Virus record (IMG/VR): IMGVR_UViG_3300025014_000209
Length of the DNA: 26,263 nt
Reading direction: 5' to 3' (one strand)
Origin: a virus
Below the pieces are notes generated by a model. It was not told the origin of the DNA and ran no database searches. It saw only the letters and a list, made by a program, of their open reading frames with translations. Of this stretch, positions 16,279 through 25,232 are shown piece after piece (positions within the stretch are counted from its first letter, which is position 1; each line of letters begins with the position of its first letter). A program made the position numbers and the translations under genes.

Positions 16279-17904
16279 ATGATTGAAAAAATAACGAACA
16301 AACAAATAAATGAAGTTGTCGACCAACTTTTTAATAATGATTTTGAAAATCTACCAGATTTTTTCCCCAAAATAGATTCTATAATTTTAGCAAAAGCACT
16401 TATAAAATCTAAAGCAACTAGAACATATAACTCCACAATATCTTTACCTTGTGATTATCTTGAAGATAAAATAGAAAGTATTTTAATTCATATTTCAAAT
16501 GCTCGAAAAAAATTAAATGGTGAACAATTTGATTTATTATGGAAAATTTTTGATGCTAATTTAGATATTAGTGTTTGGGCTGGTGAAACATGGGTTCCTA
16601 AACTTTTACCTAATGGTGCTATAGCAATTAGAAATCATCATCGTGTTATTGGAATTAGCAATGATACAATGGGAACTCTTGATTATGATAATATTAAAAT
16701 TAGAAATGACTTACAAGAGGTGTCTGACTATATTTTAAATAATGAAACAGAAAATAAAGAGATAGCTTTTAGTATTATTCATCATAATGACTTAGGGATT
16801 ATTTGGACACAAACAGTACCTAAAAAACTATCTGATTATGGTCAATCTGTTGTATTTATCAGTATGGACTTAATTAATAAAATGGTAGAAGATGATATTA
16901 TTAGTGAGGATAATTCTCTATTAGAACAAATAGTTAATGATACAGCATCTAATTCAAGAACTTCACATTGTGTGTTAAGAATATTTAAAAATAAGACATT
17001 CCTATATAATACATATAGAGCTAGTGATGAATATGACACAATTTTAGAAAACTATTCATTATACTTAGGCGATAACTTAGACGAAGAAACAGTTCATCCT
17101 TCAAAAATAAATTCTGACACATTTTCCCTTAAAATATTTATCAAAGAATCTATTCTTGACCATGAATTACCTCAAATATTAGAAACAAAAACACTTCGTA
17201 AAGATGTTATTTTAAAAACATTATTAGAAGATAAGATTTACAATGGATATGCAATGAAAAAAGCATATCAATATCTAGACTTTATACCATTTTTTCACAA
17301 ATATATAGGTCAACCGACTACATATTGTGGCAATCCTCAGCCATATTTTTCGTTGTCACAAAAACATAATGACAATTTATTTGTTATTCAAAGCAATATT
17401 GATTGCTTAACTAAAATATCTGGTGGGGAATCAAAACTTAAAAAAACGATACAAAAATTAATTAATTTTGTTCCAACAACTAAAGTAAAGATACATCTTC
17501 CTTTAGAAAAAATAGACAGCCAATCTATTGTTTATGATGATGATATTTTTGATTTAGGGTCTAAAGAATTTGATAAAAGAATTAAAGAATTTTTTAAATT
17601 TGTTAAACAAGAATTCGAAAAAACATTAAATCCTAATGAAAATATTATTAATTTAGAAGATGAAGAAACAAGCTACTTAGAAGGTTATGGTTATGAATAT
17701 TCATTTGCCTTAATCTTCATAACCGATGATGCTCCATGTATTAAAGATTGTCATCAATATGCCTTAGCTATGTCCAATGAAACAAAATCAAATTTCACAT
17801 TAATAATCCCACAATATGGATATAATCAAGGTTATTCATGCGGAGAACTTGATACTGGAAACTATATGTCTTTTATGCTTGAAAAAGAAGATGATGATGA
17901 ATAA
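16279..17904 (+). CDS. Large hypothetical protein
   Basis: 541-aa ORF with an AGGAG SD. No motif recognised. Confidence 0.85.
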   Translation: MIEKITNKQINEVVDQLFNNDFENLPDFFPKIDSIILAKALIKSKATRTYNSTISLPCDYLEDKIESILIHISNARKKLNGEQFDLLWKIFDANLDISVWAGETWVPKLLPNGAIAIRNHHRVIGISNDTMGTLDYDNIKIRNDLQEVSDYILNNETENKEIAFSIIHHNDLGIIWTQTVPKKLSDYGQSVVFISMDLINKMVEDDIISEDNSLLEQIVNDTASNSRTSHCVLRIFKNKTFLYNTYRASDEYDTILENYSLYLGDNLDEETVHPSKINSDTFSLKIFIKESILDHELPQILETKTLRKDVILKTLLEDKIYNGYAMKKAYQYLDFIPFFHKYIGQPTTYCGNPQPYFSLSQKHNDNLFVIQSNIDCLTKISGGESKLKKTIQKLINFVPTTKVKIHLPLEKIDSQSIVYDDDIFDLGSKEFDKRIKEFFKFVKQEFEKTLNPNENIINLEDEETSYLEGYGYEYSFALIFITDDAPCIKDCHQYALAMSNETKSNFTLIIPQYGYNQGYSCGELDTGNYMSFMLEKEDDDE

Positions 17905-18089
17905 ACAAAATATTTATCAATAAATAATAAATAATTCAAAAAAAATCCATAAAGTCCCTAAAAATGGTCTTTAAAGCATTCTTTACTTGACATAAAGAAA
18001 AAAATTTTATAAATATATAAGTAAGAGTATTCAAACTCTTTCCATTTAATACCGAATGGATTTTAACAATTAAATTTAGGAGAAAAATT

Positions 18090-18365
18090 ATGAACAAAAC
18101 TCAATTAGTTGAAGCCGTAGCTCAAGCCGCTGACGTAACCAAGGTCAAGGCTTCTGAGGCTGTAGAAGCTGTATTAGCATCTGTTTCAGGTGCTTTAGCA
18201 TCTGGTGAGTCAGTTACCCTTGTTGGTTTCGGAACATTCTCAGTTGCGCAAAGAGAAGCACGTGATGGTCGTAACCCATTAACTGGTAAAACCATTAAAA
18301 TCCCTGCAAAGAAAGCTCCTAAATTTTCTGCTGGTAAGGCTTTGAAAGAAGCTGTAAACAAGTAA
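18090..18365 (+). CDS. hup: Histone-like DNA-binding protein HU
   Basis: [11 protein letters not shown]...VTLVGFGTF...R.GRNP.TG..I.IPA...[12 protein letters not shown], with an AGGAG SD. Confidence 0.97.
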   Translation: MNKTQLVEAVAQAADVTKVKASEAVEAVLASVSGALASGESVTLVGFGTFSVAQREARDGRNPLTGKTIKIPAKKAPKFSAGKALKEAVNK

Positions 18366-18383
18366 TCAATACTTTTTTATTTT

Positions 18384-18420
18384 AAACCCAATGCCAGTTA
18401 TGACATTGGGTTTTTTCTTT
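18384..18420 (+). terminator. Intrinsic terminator after HU
   Basis: AAACCCAATG...CATTGGGTTT stem followed by a T run. Confidence 0.85.
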
Positions 18421-18438
18421 TTTATAATTTAAAGCTAA

Positions 18439-19458
18439 TTAACGGTTGGCGTGCTTAAGTAGATACCAATTAGAAATCGCTTTAAATGAAAATTTTCCAT
18501 CTTTTCTTTTAAACACAATACCTTCACGGTTTGGTGAAAATAAAGATTTCCCATCGGCTAAAGATAAAATATCATCTACAGTAACATTTTCATCAAATAC
18601 AATAAAGCCTTCAGTTGGAACTTGATTGATTTTTGCTCCCAGATTTACTAATTCAGCAACAACAATCTCTCTATCTTCTGGAGAAAGATATTCTTGTTTA
18701 TCAATGTCCCAAATATTGAATAAATAAAAATCATTTCCAACTAGCTTTTCATTATTTTCTTGAATTCCTTCACCAATCAACTCACCACGAATAGCAATAT
18801 TTTTACCCAAAGATCCAACAGCTTCAATTAGTTTATTCTTCCTTGCAACCCTCCATAGAGTATTTGCTTCACTTTCACGAAGCTCCCAATTTCTACCAGC
18901 AACACCTAGTTGTCCTTCATGACAAAATACAGTCATTGATGTTCCATCTAACTTTATAGTTTTTTCAAAAGTTTGACCAGCAATATGTGTTTTAATCTTA
19001 TCAATAAGATTTTGGATTCGTTCTTCATCTGTAATTGGAATTACTGATCTCATTTTCCCTGTAACCTCTCCAGCTAACTGTGTAGGTACTGGGGCTTCCC
19101 ATTTTTGAATATTTAAAATTTCAGTTACATCATCACCGACGACCTTACCATCTAATTCTGGAAATAAACGCATTGGTAAAAACAAGCCTTGAGATACTTG
19201 CCCACGTAACTTTATTGTGCGCAATCTTGCCCCCACATTTCCCAACCAATTTATAAATGTCTTTTCAAGAAATGAAAACCGTTTATCTGTTCCTGGAAGA
19301 AAAGAATCAATTTCAAAATAGACACCTAAATCACCAACATTAAATTCGCCCTTTTGGGTTACACAAACCCAACCATCAACACGTGTTGCGGTAATTAAAT
19401 CAGCACCAACAATAGGAAAATTTTCTCCTGCTACACGAATACTAGCTAAAGATCTCAT
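18439..19458 (-). CDS. RNA ligase, Rnl2-like DRB0094 family
   Basis: N-terminal domain VYFEIDSFLP...LRG..SQGL, then KLDGTS (adenylylation motif I), RGELIG, FYLFNI, EGIVFK and FKAISN..LLK. The ATG at 19458 has a GAGGTG SD. Confidence 0.92.
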   Translation of the reverse strand: MRSLASIRVAGENFPIVGADLITATRVDGWVCVTQKGEFNVGDLGVYFEIDSFLPGTDKRFSFLEKTFINWLGNVGARLRTIKLRGQVSQGLFLPMRLFPELDGKVVGDDVTEILNIQKWEAPVPTQLAGEVTGKMRSVIPITDEERIQNLIDKIKTHIAGQTFEKTIKLDGTSMTVFCHEGQLGVAGRNWELRESEANTLWRVARKNKLIEAVGSLGKNIAIRGELIGEGIQENNEKLVGNDFYLFNIWDIDKQEYLSPEDREIVVAELVNLGAKINQVPTEGFIVFDENVTVDDILSLADGKSLFSPNREGIVFKRKDGKFSFKAISNWYLLKHANR

Positions 19459-19499
19459 AATTATCACCTCATTTTATTTAACATGAAGCAATTATAACA

Positions 19500-20081
19500 T
19501 TATTTTTGTATTCTGTACATCTTTTTTAAATTTTCAACATCTAACATGTTACTATTATAATTAGCTAATAACAATTCCCATTTTTTAATTATTTTATCAC
19601 CACATTTAAAATAAATTTTATTACCATGGTTAGTTAATTTAGCAACAATTCTTAAGAAATCTGTACGATTTTTCAATTCTATAATTTCTTTACTATAATT
19701 ATCTAAAACCCAACTTTTATTATCATTTTCATAAACTAAAACTATATGTGATTTAAAATTATTTTTAATAATTAAATCTTCATTTATTATTACCCAAGCT
19801 AAATATAGTTTTTTGCTATCCACTCCTGAATTTATCAAATCAAAATATTTAATAATTGCATAATCTTCACAATCACCTGTTTTAAGACCTATCGTTTCTT
19901 TTGGTGTTTGCCAAACATCTACTTTTTTACCCGTAATGGAATCAATTGGCTCATCAACATATGAAATATAATTGTTCCAAAAATCATTAACATTTACAGT
20001 ATTAATAGAATTCTCATCTAAAGCTAATGCCAATTGGCACCAAATAAGTAACATAATACTTGTAATTATTTTTCTAACCAT
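19500..20081 (-). CDS. Secreted transglutaminase-like cysteine proteinase (BTLCP, LapG-like)
   Basis: Signal peptide ending in ALA, then WQTP.ET, GDCEDYAI.KY, HIVL and VLDN, giving a Cys-His-Asp triad. Confidence 0.88.
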   Translation of the reverse strand: MVRKIITSIMLLIWCQLALALDENSINTVNVNDFWNNYISYVDEPIDSITGKKVDVWQTPKETIGLKTGDCEDYAIIKYFDLINSGVDSKKLYLAWVIINEDLIIKNNFKSHIVLVYENDNKSWVLDNYSKEIIELKNRTDFLRIVAKLTNHGNKIYFKCGDKIIKKWELLLANYNSNMLDVENLKKMYRIQK

Positions 20082-20164
20082 TTTATTGTTTTTATTTTTT
20101 TCTTCATTTTTTCACAATAAAAATTAAAAACAAATTTTTTTTGATAAACGGTAGAATTTGATTC

Positions 20165-20197
20165 AATTGTTGATATAATAGACATATATCAACAATT
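20165..20197. promoter_or_regulatory. Palindrome overlapping the extended -10 promoter (TGaTATAAT, 20171-20179) of the 20207 gene
   Basis: AATTGTTGATATA-N7-TATATCAACAATT, with perfect 13-bp arms. Confidence 0.65.
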
Positions 20198-20206
20198 TGA
20201 AATAAT

Positions 20207-20404
20207 ATGAAACAAATTTTCACAAAAAAACAAGCTGTATCAATTCTTCATCAAGTTAAAACAGGAACTAGTGATGTAGATTTAATGGCACATGTTGATT
20301 CTAAAAATAGTTTATTTAAACTATCTAATGATGAACTTCATGAACGTTTATCTAAAATTATCGATGAAGATTCTATTGCCGGGGTTGTTGACGAAATTAA
20401 TTGA
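20207..20404 (+). CDS. Small hypothetical protein
   Basis: 65-aa ORF downstream of an extended -10 promoter. Confidence 0.65.
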   Translation: MKQIFTKKQAVSILHQVKTGTSDVDLMAHVDSKNSLFKLSNDELHERLSKIIDEDSIAGVVDEIN

Positions 20405-20554
20405 TTACACAGATATAAGACCTGGCATTAAAATCAAGCCCCTCCGAAATCTTGTTGATTTTTGTGTGGGGTTTTCTATTAAATCGTTATAAATCAACAA
20501 GTTATATAAATTCAATTTTTACCACAAAAAAGTTTTTAGTACAGAAATGAAAAA

Positions 20555-20573
20555 GTCCTTGAATTTCAAGGAC
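20555..20573. repeat. Palindrome GTCCTTGAA-T-TTCAAGGAC within an intergenic motif cluster
   Basis: Perfect 9-bp arms. A nearby 11-bp inverted repeat is CTTGTTGATTT (20451-20461) / AAATCAACAAG (20491-20501). Confidence 0.75.
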
Positions 20574-20648
20574 GTAGTATGGTTTTAATTACTTTTTTAA
20601 CAAGTTTTTAGATGGGCTTGCATTAAAATAGGCTTTTATTTTAATTTA

Positions 20649-21773
20649 TTAAATTTTATTTTTTTTTACTTTTGTTTTTGTGATTGTATCAATTGGTAAA
20701 TTATCAGATAAATCCCCTTTTTCTAAAATAACCTCAATCATTTTCTTATTTTCTTTTTGACTGTTCTCATTTCCAATGAAAAACAAACTATATTCTAAAT
20801 TATTATATTTTTGTTGAATTCGTGGCAAGTGGTCTTTGAATGAACTTATTATTTGGTCTTCTCTTTTATCTTGAATATTATAGGTTATCTTTTTATTTCT
20901 TACATCAGCCCAAAAATCAACATCTGCCACAAACCTAGAAAGAAGATGACCTGGTTGTTTGGGGAATATTTTATTAACATAACTATTCACAAAACAAAAG
21001 GATGCCTTACATAAATCAAAATCAAAATCACCAATAAACTCAAGTTTTGTAAAATTTGTTACTAAAACTTCTATAGGATATGTCATCTTAGTAGAATCTA
21101 GCTTAATTACTGCCAACAATCTATCCTTAATGTATAGGACATCCTTATTTGTATGGTCAAATGTTATTCTTTTTATATTTGATTTATTAAAACATAATTG
21201 AATTAACTTTAATTTTTGAATATCTATTGAATCTTCTAAATTCCAATCAATATTTACTAATTCTTTTTTTGTAAAAACACCAAAAGATTCTAAATCTTTA
21301 ATTCCCACATATTCATTAATGCTTAACATAAAATCTAAATCTTTAATTTCATGATGTTTGTTTAAAACGAAATCTCGCACTGAACCACCAGTTAAATCTA
21401 AAGTATACTTTATCCCAATATCACTTAACGGTTTCAACATATCATTAACTCTCTTAGCATCTTCCCAAATATTATTTAATATTTGTATTTTATCTTTATT
21501 TAAAAAATTATCTGCGGATATAAACTTGTAAAATATATCTTTATATGCATCTATACTTAATGGACGACCTTGCTTGCTATATTCTAGCTCTTTCATTTGG
21601 TTATTATTAATAGGCGAATACTCAACAAAATATGGAATAAATTCCTTTACATTTTCTAACAATGAAGGGTCTTCTTTTGAAAGAGGTATATTATTAACTC
21701 TTTTATCTTGGGCTTGCTTTAACCTTATATTATCAAATAAAGCATTAATTATTTTTTTAATTTCTTTAAACAT
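20649..21773 (-). CDS. Divergent class II nucleotidyltransferase (CCA-adding / poly(A) polymerase head domain)
   Basis: LTGGSVRDFVL...KDLDF (motif A with DxD), and DFDFDLCK at the motif B position. Confidence 0.75.
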   Translation of the reverse strand: MFKEIKKIINALFDNIRLKQAQDKRVNNIPLSKEDPSLLENVKEFIPYFVEYSPINNNQMKELEYSKQGRPLSIDAYKDIFYKFISADNFLNKDKIQILNNIWEDAKRVNDMLKPLSDIGIKYTLDLTGGSVRDFVLNKHHEIKDLDFMLSINEYVGIKDLESFGVFTKKELVNIDWNLEDSIDIQKLKLIQLCFNKSNIKRITFDHTNKDVLYIKDRLLAVIKLDSTKMTYPIEVLVTNFTKLEFIGDFDFDLCKASFCFVNSYVNKIFPKQPGHLLSRFVADVDFWADVRNKKITYNIQDKREDQIISSFKDHLPRIQQKYNNLEYSLFFIGNENSQKENKKMIEVILEKGDLSDNLPIDTITKTKVKKNKI

Positions 21774-21824
21774 TTTAAATCCTAAATATACCTTATTTTA
21801 ACATTTAATTATTAAACTACAATA

Positions 21825-22958
21825 TTAAATCTTCACTTTTCTTTTTACAAGATTATTTATATCTAAATCCTCTTGTAATATATTTTTTTCTAAAACTTTA
21901 CTAACAAAATTCCAATAATTTATTTTATTATCATCACTTTTAGCTAGCTTTTTATCTAAAAAATTACAAAATGATTCTCTTGTTATTTTTTCAACTTTAA
22001 AATCTAAAAAAATTTCATTTATATGATGGTATATTTTACCATTAATAAATTTATAATTTAATTCATTCTTCATATCCTCTGTTAAGTCACCTTTTTTAAC
22101 GACTTCACTTAATACCTTTTGAATACACAAAAGATTAAATATATCAGTTAATTTTATTCTTTCTTGTTGATTTTTATTTTCAAATAAAAATTGTTTAATA
22201 TTTATATTATATCTCTCTGGCAAAACAAGAATTTCATTAAAAGGAATATAGTCTTTATTTATTTTAAATGATTGCTCTTTTAATAAACTATTTGGCTGTA
22301 AATTATCTGCAATATAATTTAAATCTAACTTCAAAAGTTTTTTATCTATTAAATAATCAATTACTTCAGTTAATAAGTTTTTTTCTTTTCCATTAGCATT
22401 CCAATACCATAAAATTAATTTGTCATTAAAATTTTCTATATTAAAATTTTCTTTAGATTCTTTATAGTTATTAAATGCTTTAATTCCATAATATTGAAAT
22501 GCCAAAAATAAAACCTTTTCTTTTTTTTCTTGTGTTAATTCAGACAAGTAATTCAATTCTTGTGGGGCATCTTTATGTGCTAAATATAATGTAGATAATG
22601 AATTCTTAAACCAACTATTTATATCGTCATTTAATATGCCCTTTTGATTTAAAAATGTTTTCTGACAAATATCATAAAATGTTTTGCAATCAGATAATGA
22701 ATTTTCTGCAATTTCCATTAACAGACCCAATGTATAACTAGAACGTAATATTAAAATCTTTTCTTTTTCAACACCACTATCTCCAAAATATTCTTTTGAA
22801 TGTTCCATTTTATGAAAAATAGTTTCATTTTTGATTGATTTTAATGGATGTTTTTTAAAAATATTTGTCCAGGAAGCAACTTTGTTTTCATAAACAATCT
22901 TTACATCCCTCTCTCTTCGTAATGTTCTAGCTAATCTTAATGTATTATGTATGCTCAT
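21825..22958 (-). CDS. Hypothetical protein with a basic C-terminal tail (...KRKVKI)
   Basis: 377-aa ORF, translationally coupled to the upstream gene (ATGA overlap). Confidence 0.8.
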   Translation of the reverse strand: MSIHNTLRLARTLRRERDVKIVYENKVASWTNIFKKHPLKSIKNETIFHKMEHSKEYFGDSGVEKEKILILRSSYTLGLLMEIAENSLSDCKTFYDICQKTFLNQKGILNDDINSWFKNSLSTLYLAHKDAPQELNYLSELTQEKKEKVLFLAFQYYGIKAFNNYKESKENFNIENFNDKLILWYWNANGKEKNLLTEVIDYLIDKKLLKLDLNYIADNLQPNSLLKEQSFKINKDYIPFNEILVLPERYNINIKQFLFENKNQQERIKLTDIFNLLCIQKVLSEVVKKGDLTEDMKNELNYKFINGKIYHHINEIFLDFKVEKITRESFCNFLDKKLAKSDDNKINYWNFVSKVLEKNILQEDLDINNLVKRKVKI

Positions 22959-24031
22959 ATTTTAGTTCTTTTAACCTTTTCTCCACCATTACTTAAATTT
23001 TTATTTAAATCCATATTTAATAGTGATTTTTCAAACTCATTTGGATTTAATACTTCATTTAATTTTGTTTTATTTAATATTTCATTTAACAATCTCATTA
23101 ACTCAGAATTTAAATCATTATTCTCGTGAATTACAGATAAAGAAATTACTTTCTTTTCTCTTTTTATAAAGTATGAAAAAATATCATGCTTTGATGACAA
23201 AAATCTTCCGATTACATCAATTCCATCAATACAATTTGTGTGCAAAATTTGGTCAACAACCTTATTTGCCAATACATATCTTTGTATATCTATTTCCCAA
23301 AAAAAACATTTGTTTTCATTTACTACTCGTAATGGTATTTTACCCTTTATTAATTTTTTTAATTCTATATTTGTATTTAATACAGAAAAATCTAAATTTA
23401 TAAATCTTTTACTTATTTGATCAATCTGGTATTTAAATTGTTTTGAATCCCCATTTTCTTTAAATTTAAAAACCTCATTTAAACTTTTTACAATCCATTT
23501 GTTTTCAAATAAATCCCTTTGTTCAATACTAAAGGACAAATATTGAATGATTTGAACAAAACCTGTTACTTTATTTGTATTTATATCATCAATTTCTTTA
23601 TCAATTAATTTTTTTAATTTCTCAATATTTATTTCTGTAAAATCAAAATCATTTATTGAATGAGATAATAATGATGTCATCAGAAATGATTTATTAATAA
23701 TTTCCCTATTAAAAAGTATTTCAAATATCTCTTTCCAATAATCAATATTAAAATCATCTCTAAGAATATCTTTAAGCGGCTCAAGATAATCACCATGCTG
23801 GTAAGTTAATAACTGATAAAGTTCCTCTTTATTTTCTATAATTAATGGAACAACATTATTTAACTTGTCTCCAATAAAATATTTACTTAAATCAATATTT
23901 TCTCTATTTTTATTTGCAAATTGAAATTTTTGATTAATCTTTTCATACCAATTTAAAAAATCAAATTTATTAAAGTTTTTTCCTAATTTTTTAATTATGT
24001 TATTTAAATGACTTATTTCAATTTTAATCAT
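22955..24031 (-). CDS. Hypothetical protein with a basic C-terminal tail (...KVKRTKI)
   Basis: 358-aa ORF with a GGGA SD. Confidence 0.8.
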   Translation of the reverse strand: MIKIEISHLNNIIKKLGKNFNKFDFLNWYEKINQKFQFANKNRENIDLSKYFIGDKLNNVVPLIIENKEELYQLLTYQHGDYLEPLKDILRDDFNIDYWKEIFEILFNREIINKSFLMTSLLSHSINDFDFTEINIEKLKKLIDKEIDDINTNKVTGFVQIIQYLSFSIEQRDLFENKWIVKSLNEVFKFKENGDSKQFKYQIDQISKRFINLDFSVLNTNIELKKLIKGKIPLRVVNENKCFFWEIDIQRYVLANKVVDQILHTNCIDGIDVIGRFLSSKHDIFSYFIKREKKVISLSVIHENNDLNSELMRLLNEILNKTKLNEVLNPNEFEKSLLNMDLNKNLSNGGEKVKRTKI

Positions 24032-24038
24032 ATTTCCC

Positions 24039-24611
24039 TTAAATTTTTACTTTATTTATTTTTTTATCTTGGTTCTTCAATAAATTAACCCATTTTTCAA
24101 TTTGATTTTCTACATCTTCTTTTGATTGTGTAATATCTATTTTATTTTCAAAGCGCTGAATATATCCCTTAGGCAAAGTGATTAATGCATCGATACCTAA
24201 ATATTTAGCTACTACTGCACCAGATAAATCTACTCCTGTTTGACCACCTGTATAAATTTTTTCTATTGGCCAATATTGATGCACCTTTTCAATTACATCA
24301 CATACAAAATTATTAATATGTTCTTGGCTACAATTATGGCTACTTAATGTATAAATTCCATTTCCAGCTATATTTAATGTTTTTGCATTTTTTGCCTTCA
24401 TGAATTTGTATAGTTCACGAGCAACCGTTATTGTTTCTGTATCATCTGTTAATAAGAAACCAATATATTTGTCTCCTGCCGCCTTATGTGTTAACTTTTC
24501 TCCAGCAGTTTCTAAATTGACGGCAAGAGCTAATGTTACATCTCCAGATTTCGCATTGAAGTATGTTCTTGGACTATATTTTTCGCTTGTATGTTCTTGT
24601 ACTATAACCAT
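24039..24611 (-). CDS. SLOG-superfamily (YpsA/cpYpsA-like) nucleotide-binding protein
   Basis: YSPRTYFN, TAGEKLT, LNIAGN and IYTGGQTGVD...P.G motifs. The ATG at 24611 has a GGAG SD, so it is preferred over 24653. Confidence 0.75.
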   Translation of the reverse strand: MVIVQEHTSEKYSPRTYFNAKSGDVTLALAVNLETAGEKLTHKAAGDKYIGFLLTDDTETITVARELYKFMKAKNAKTLNIAGNGIYTLSSHNCSQEHINNFVCDVIEKVHQYWPIEKIYTGGQTGVDLSGAVVAKYLGIDALITLPKGYIQRFENKIDITQSKEDVENQIEKWVNLLKNQDKKINKVKI

Positions 24612-24711
24612 AATACTCCTAGTTATTTCATATATAAAGTATACAATACTCAATTAAAACAATCAAATAGATTTTTAAACACTATATTTTATTTTATTTA
24701 ACAGTTAATTG

Positions 24712-24720
24712 TGATATAAT
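24712..24720 (+). promoter_or_regulatory. Extended -10 promoter (TGaTATAAT)
   Basis: Lies about 30 nt upstream of the ATG at 24748. Confidence 0.55.
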
Positions 24721-24747
24721 TTCTCATCTAAAACTTTATGGATTAAT

Positions 24748-24900
24748 ATGAAAACACTTCTTACACATGATGTTAAACTGAACGATGCTAACAACCCATG
24801 TAAAATTACAAGACCATTTGAACATCCTGAATTTGGAGTTGTAACCTATAATGTATCACAAGAATTCTTACTTGGATGGATAAAGGATGGTTACAAATGA
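24748..24900 (+). CDS. 50-aa hypothetical protein not in the ORF track (MKTLLTHDVK...WIKDGYK)
   Basis: Open frame from ATG 24748 to TGA 24898-24900. The stop overlaps the next ATG and a promoter lies upstream. Confidence 0.65.
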   Translation: MKTLLTHDVKLNDANNPCKITRPFEHPEFGVVTYNVSQEFLLGWIKDGYK

Positions 24901-25232
24901 GTCAAAATTATCCAGACAAATGGGTTCTTGTTAAAATATATACTCCTGAATATGGCACAATTATCAAAGTTCTAGCCTCTTGGTTTGGTGGGTTTGCAGG
25001 TTCAGACTCTTGGACCATTAGTTCTGGAGTAATAAAAACAACCCAAACTGAAACAGGATATGAATTTTTGAATGAATCTGGTTCTATTTATTTTTGTAAT
25101 AAAGCAACATATGGAATGTCATCATATACACATTCAGTTTATACTAGATTTGTTAAAAAATTTAAAGAAATCCCAAATTCAATCTTTGAAATTGTTGATG
25201 AAAAAAACATATTGAATTGTTTCGATACATAA
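24897..25232 (+). CDS. Conserved phage-type hypothetical protein
   Basis: PDKWVLVK...KVLASW.GG..G.DSW..SSG...SGS.Y.C...YG is a pattern I recall from phage proteins. Start set at ATG 24897 (ATGA coupling). Confidence 0.75.
   Translation: MSQNYPDKWVLVKIYTPEYGTIIKVLASWFGGFAGSDSWTISSGVIKTTQTETGYEFLNESGSIYFCNKATYGMSSYTHSVYTRFVKKFKEIPNSIFEIVDEKNILNCFDT

Noticed and set aside
13785-24657. Short overlapping ORFs 13785..14084, 16144..16326, 16248..16436, 16842..17039, 18122..18361, 20292..20492, 21574..21801, 22947..23129, 23173..23403, 23238..23420 and 24400..24657
   Set aside because: They lie within or antisense to longer genes and have the composition expected of shadow frames.
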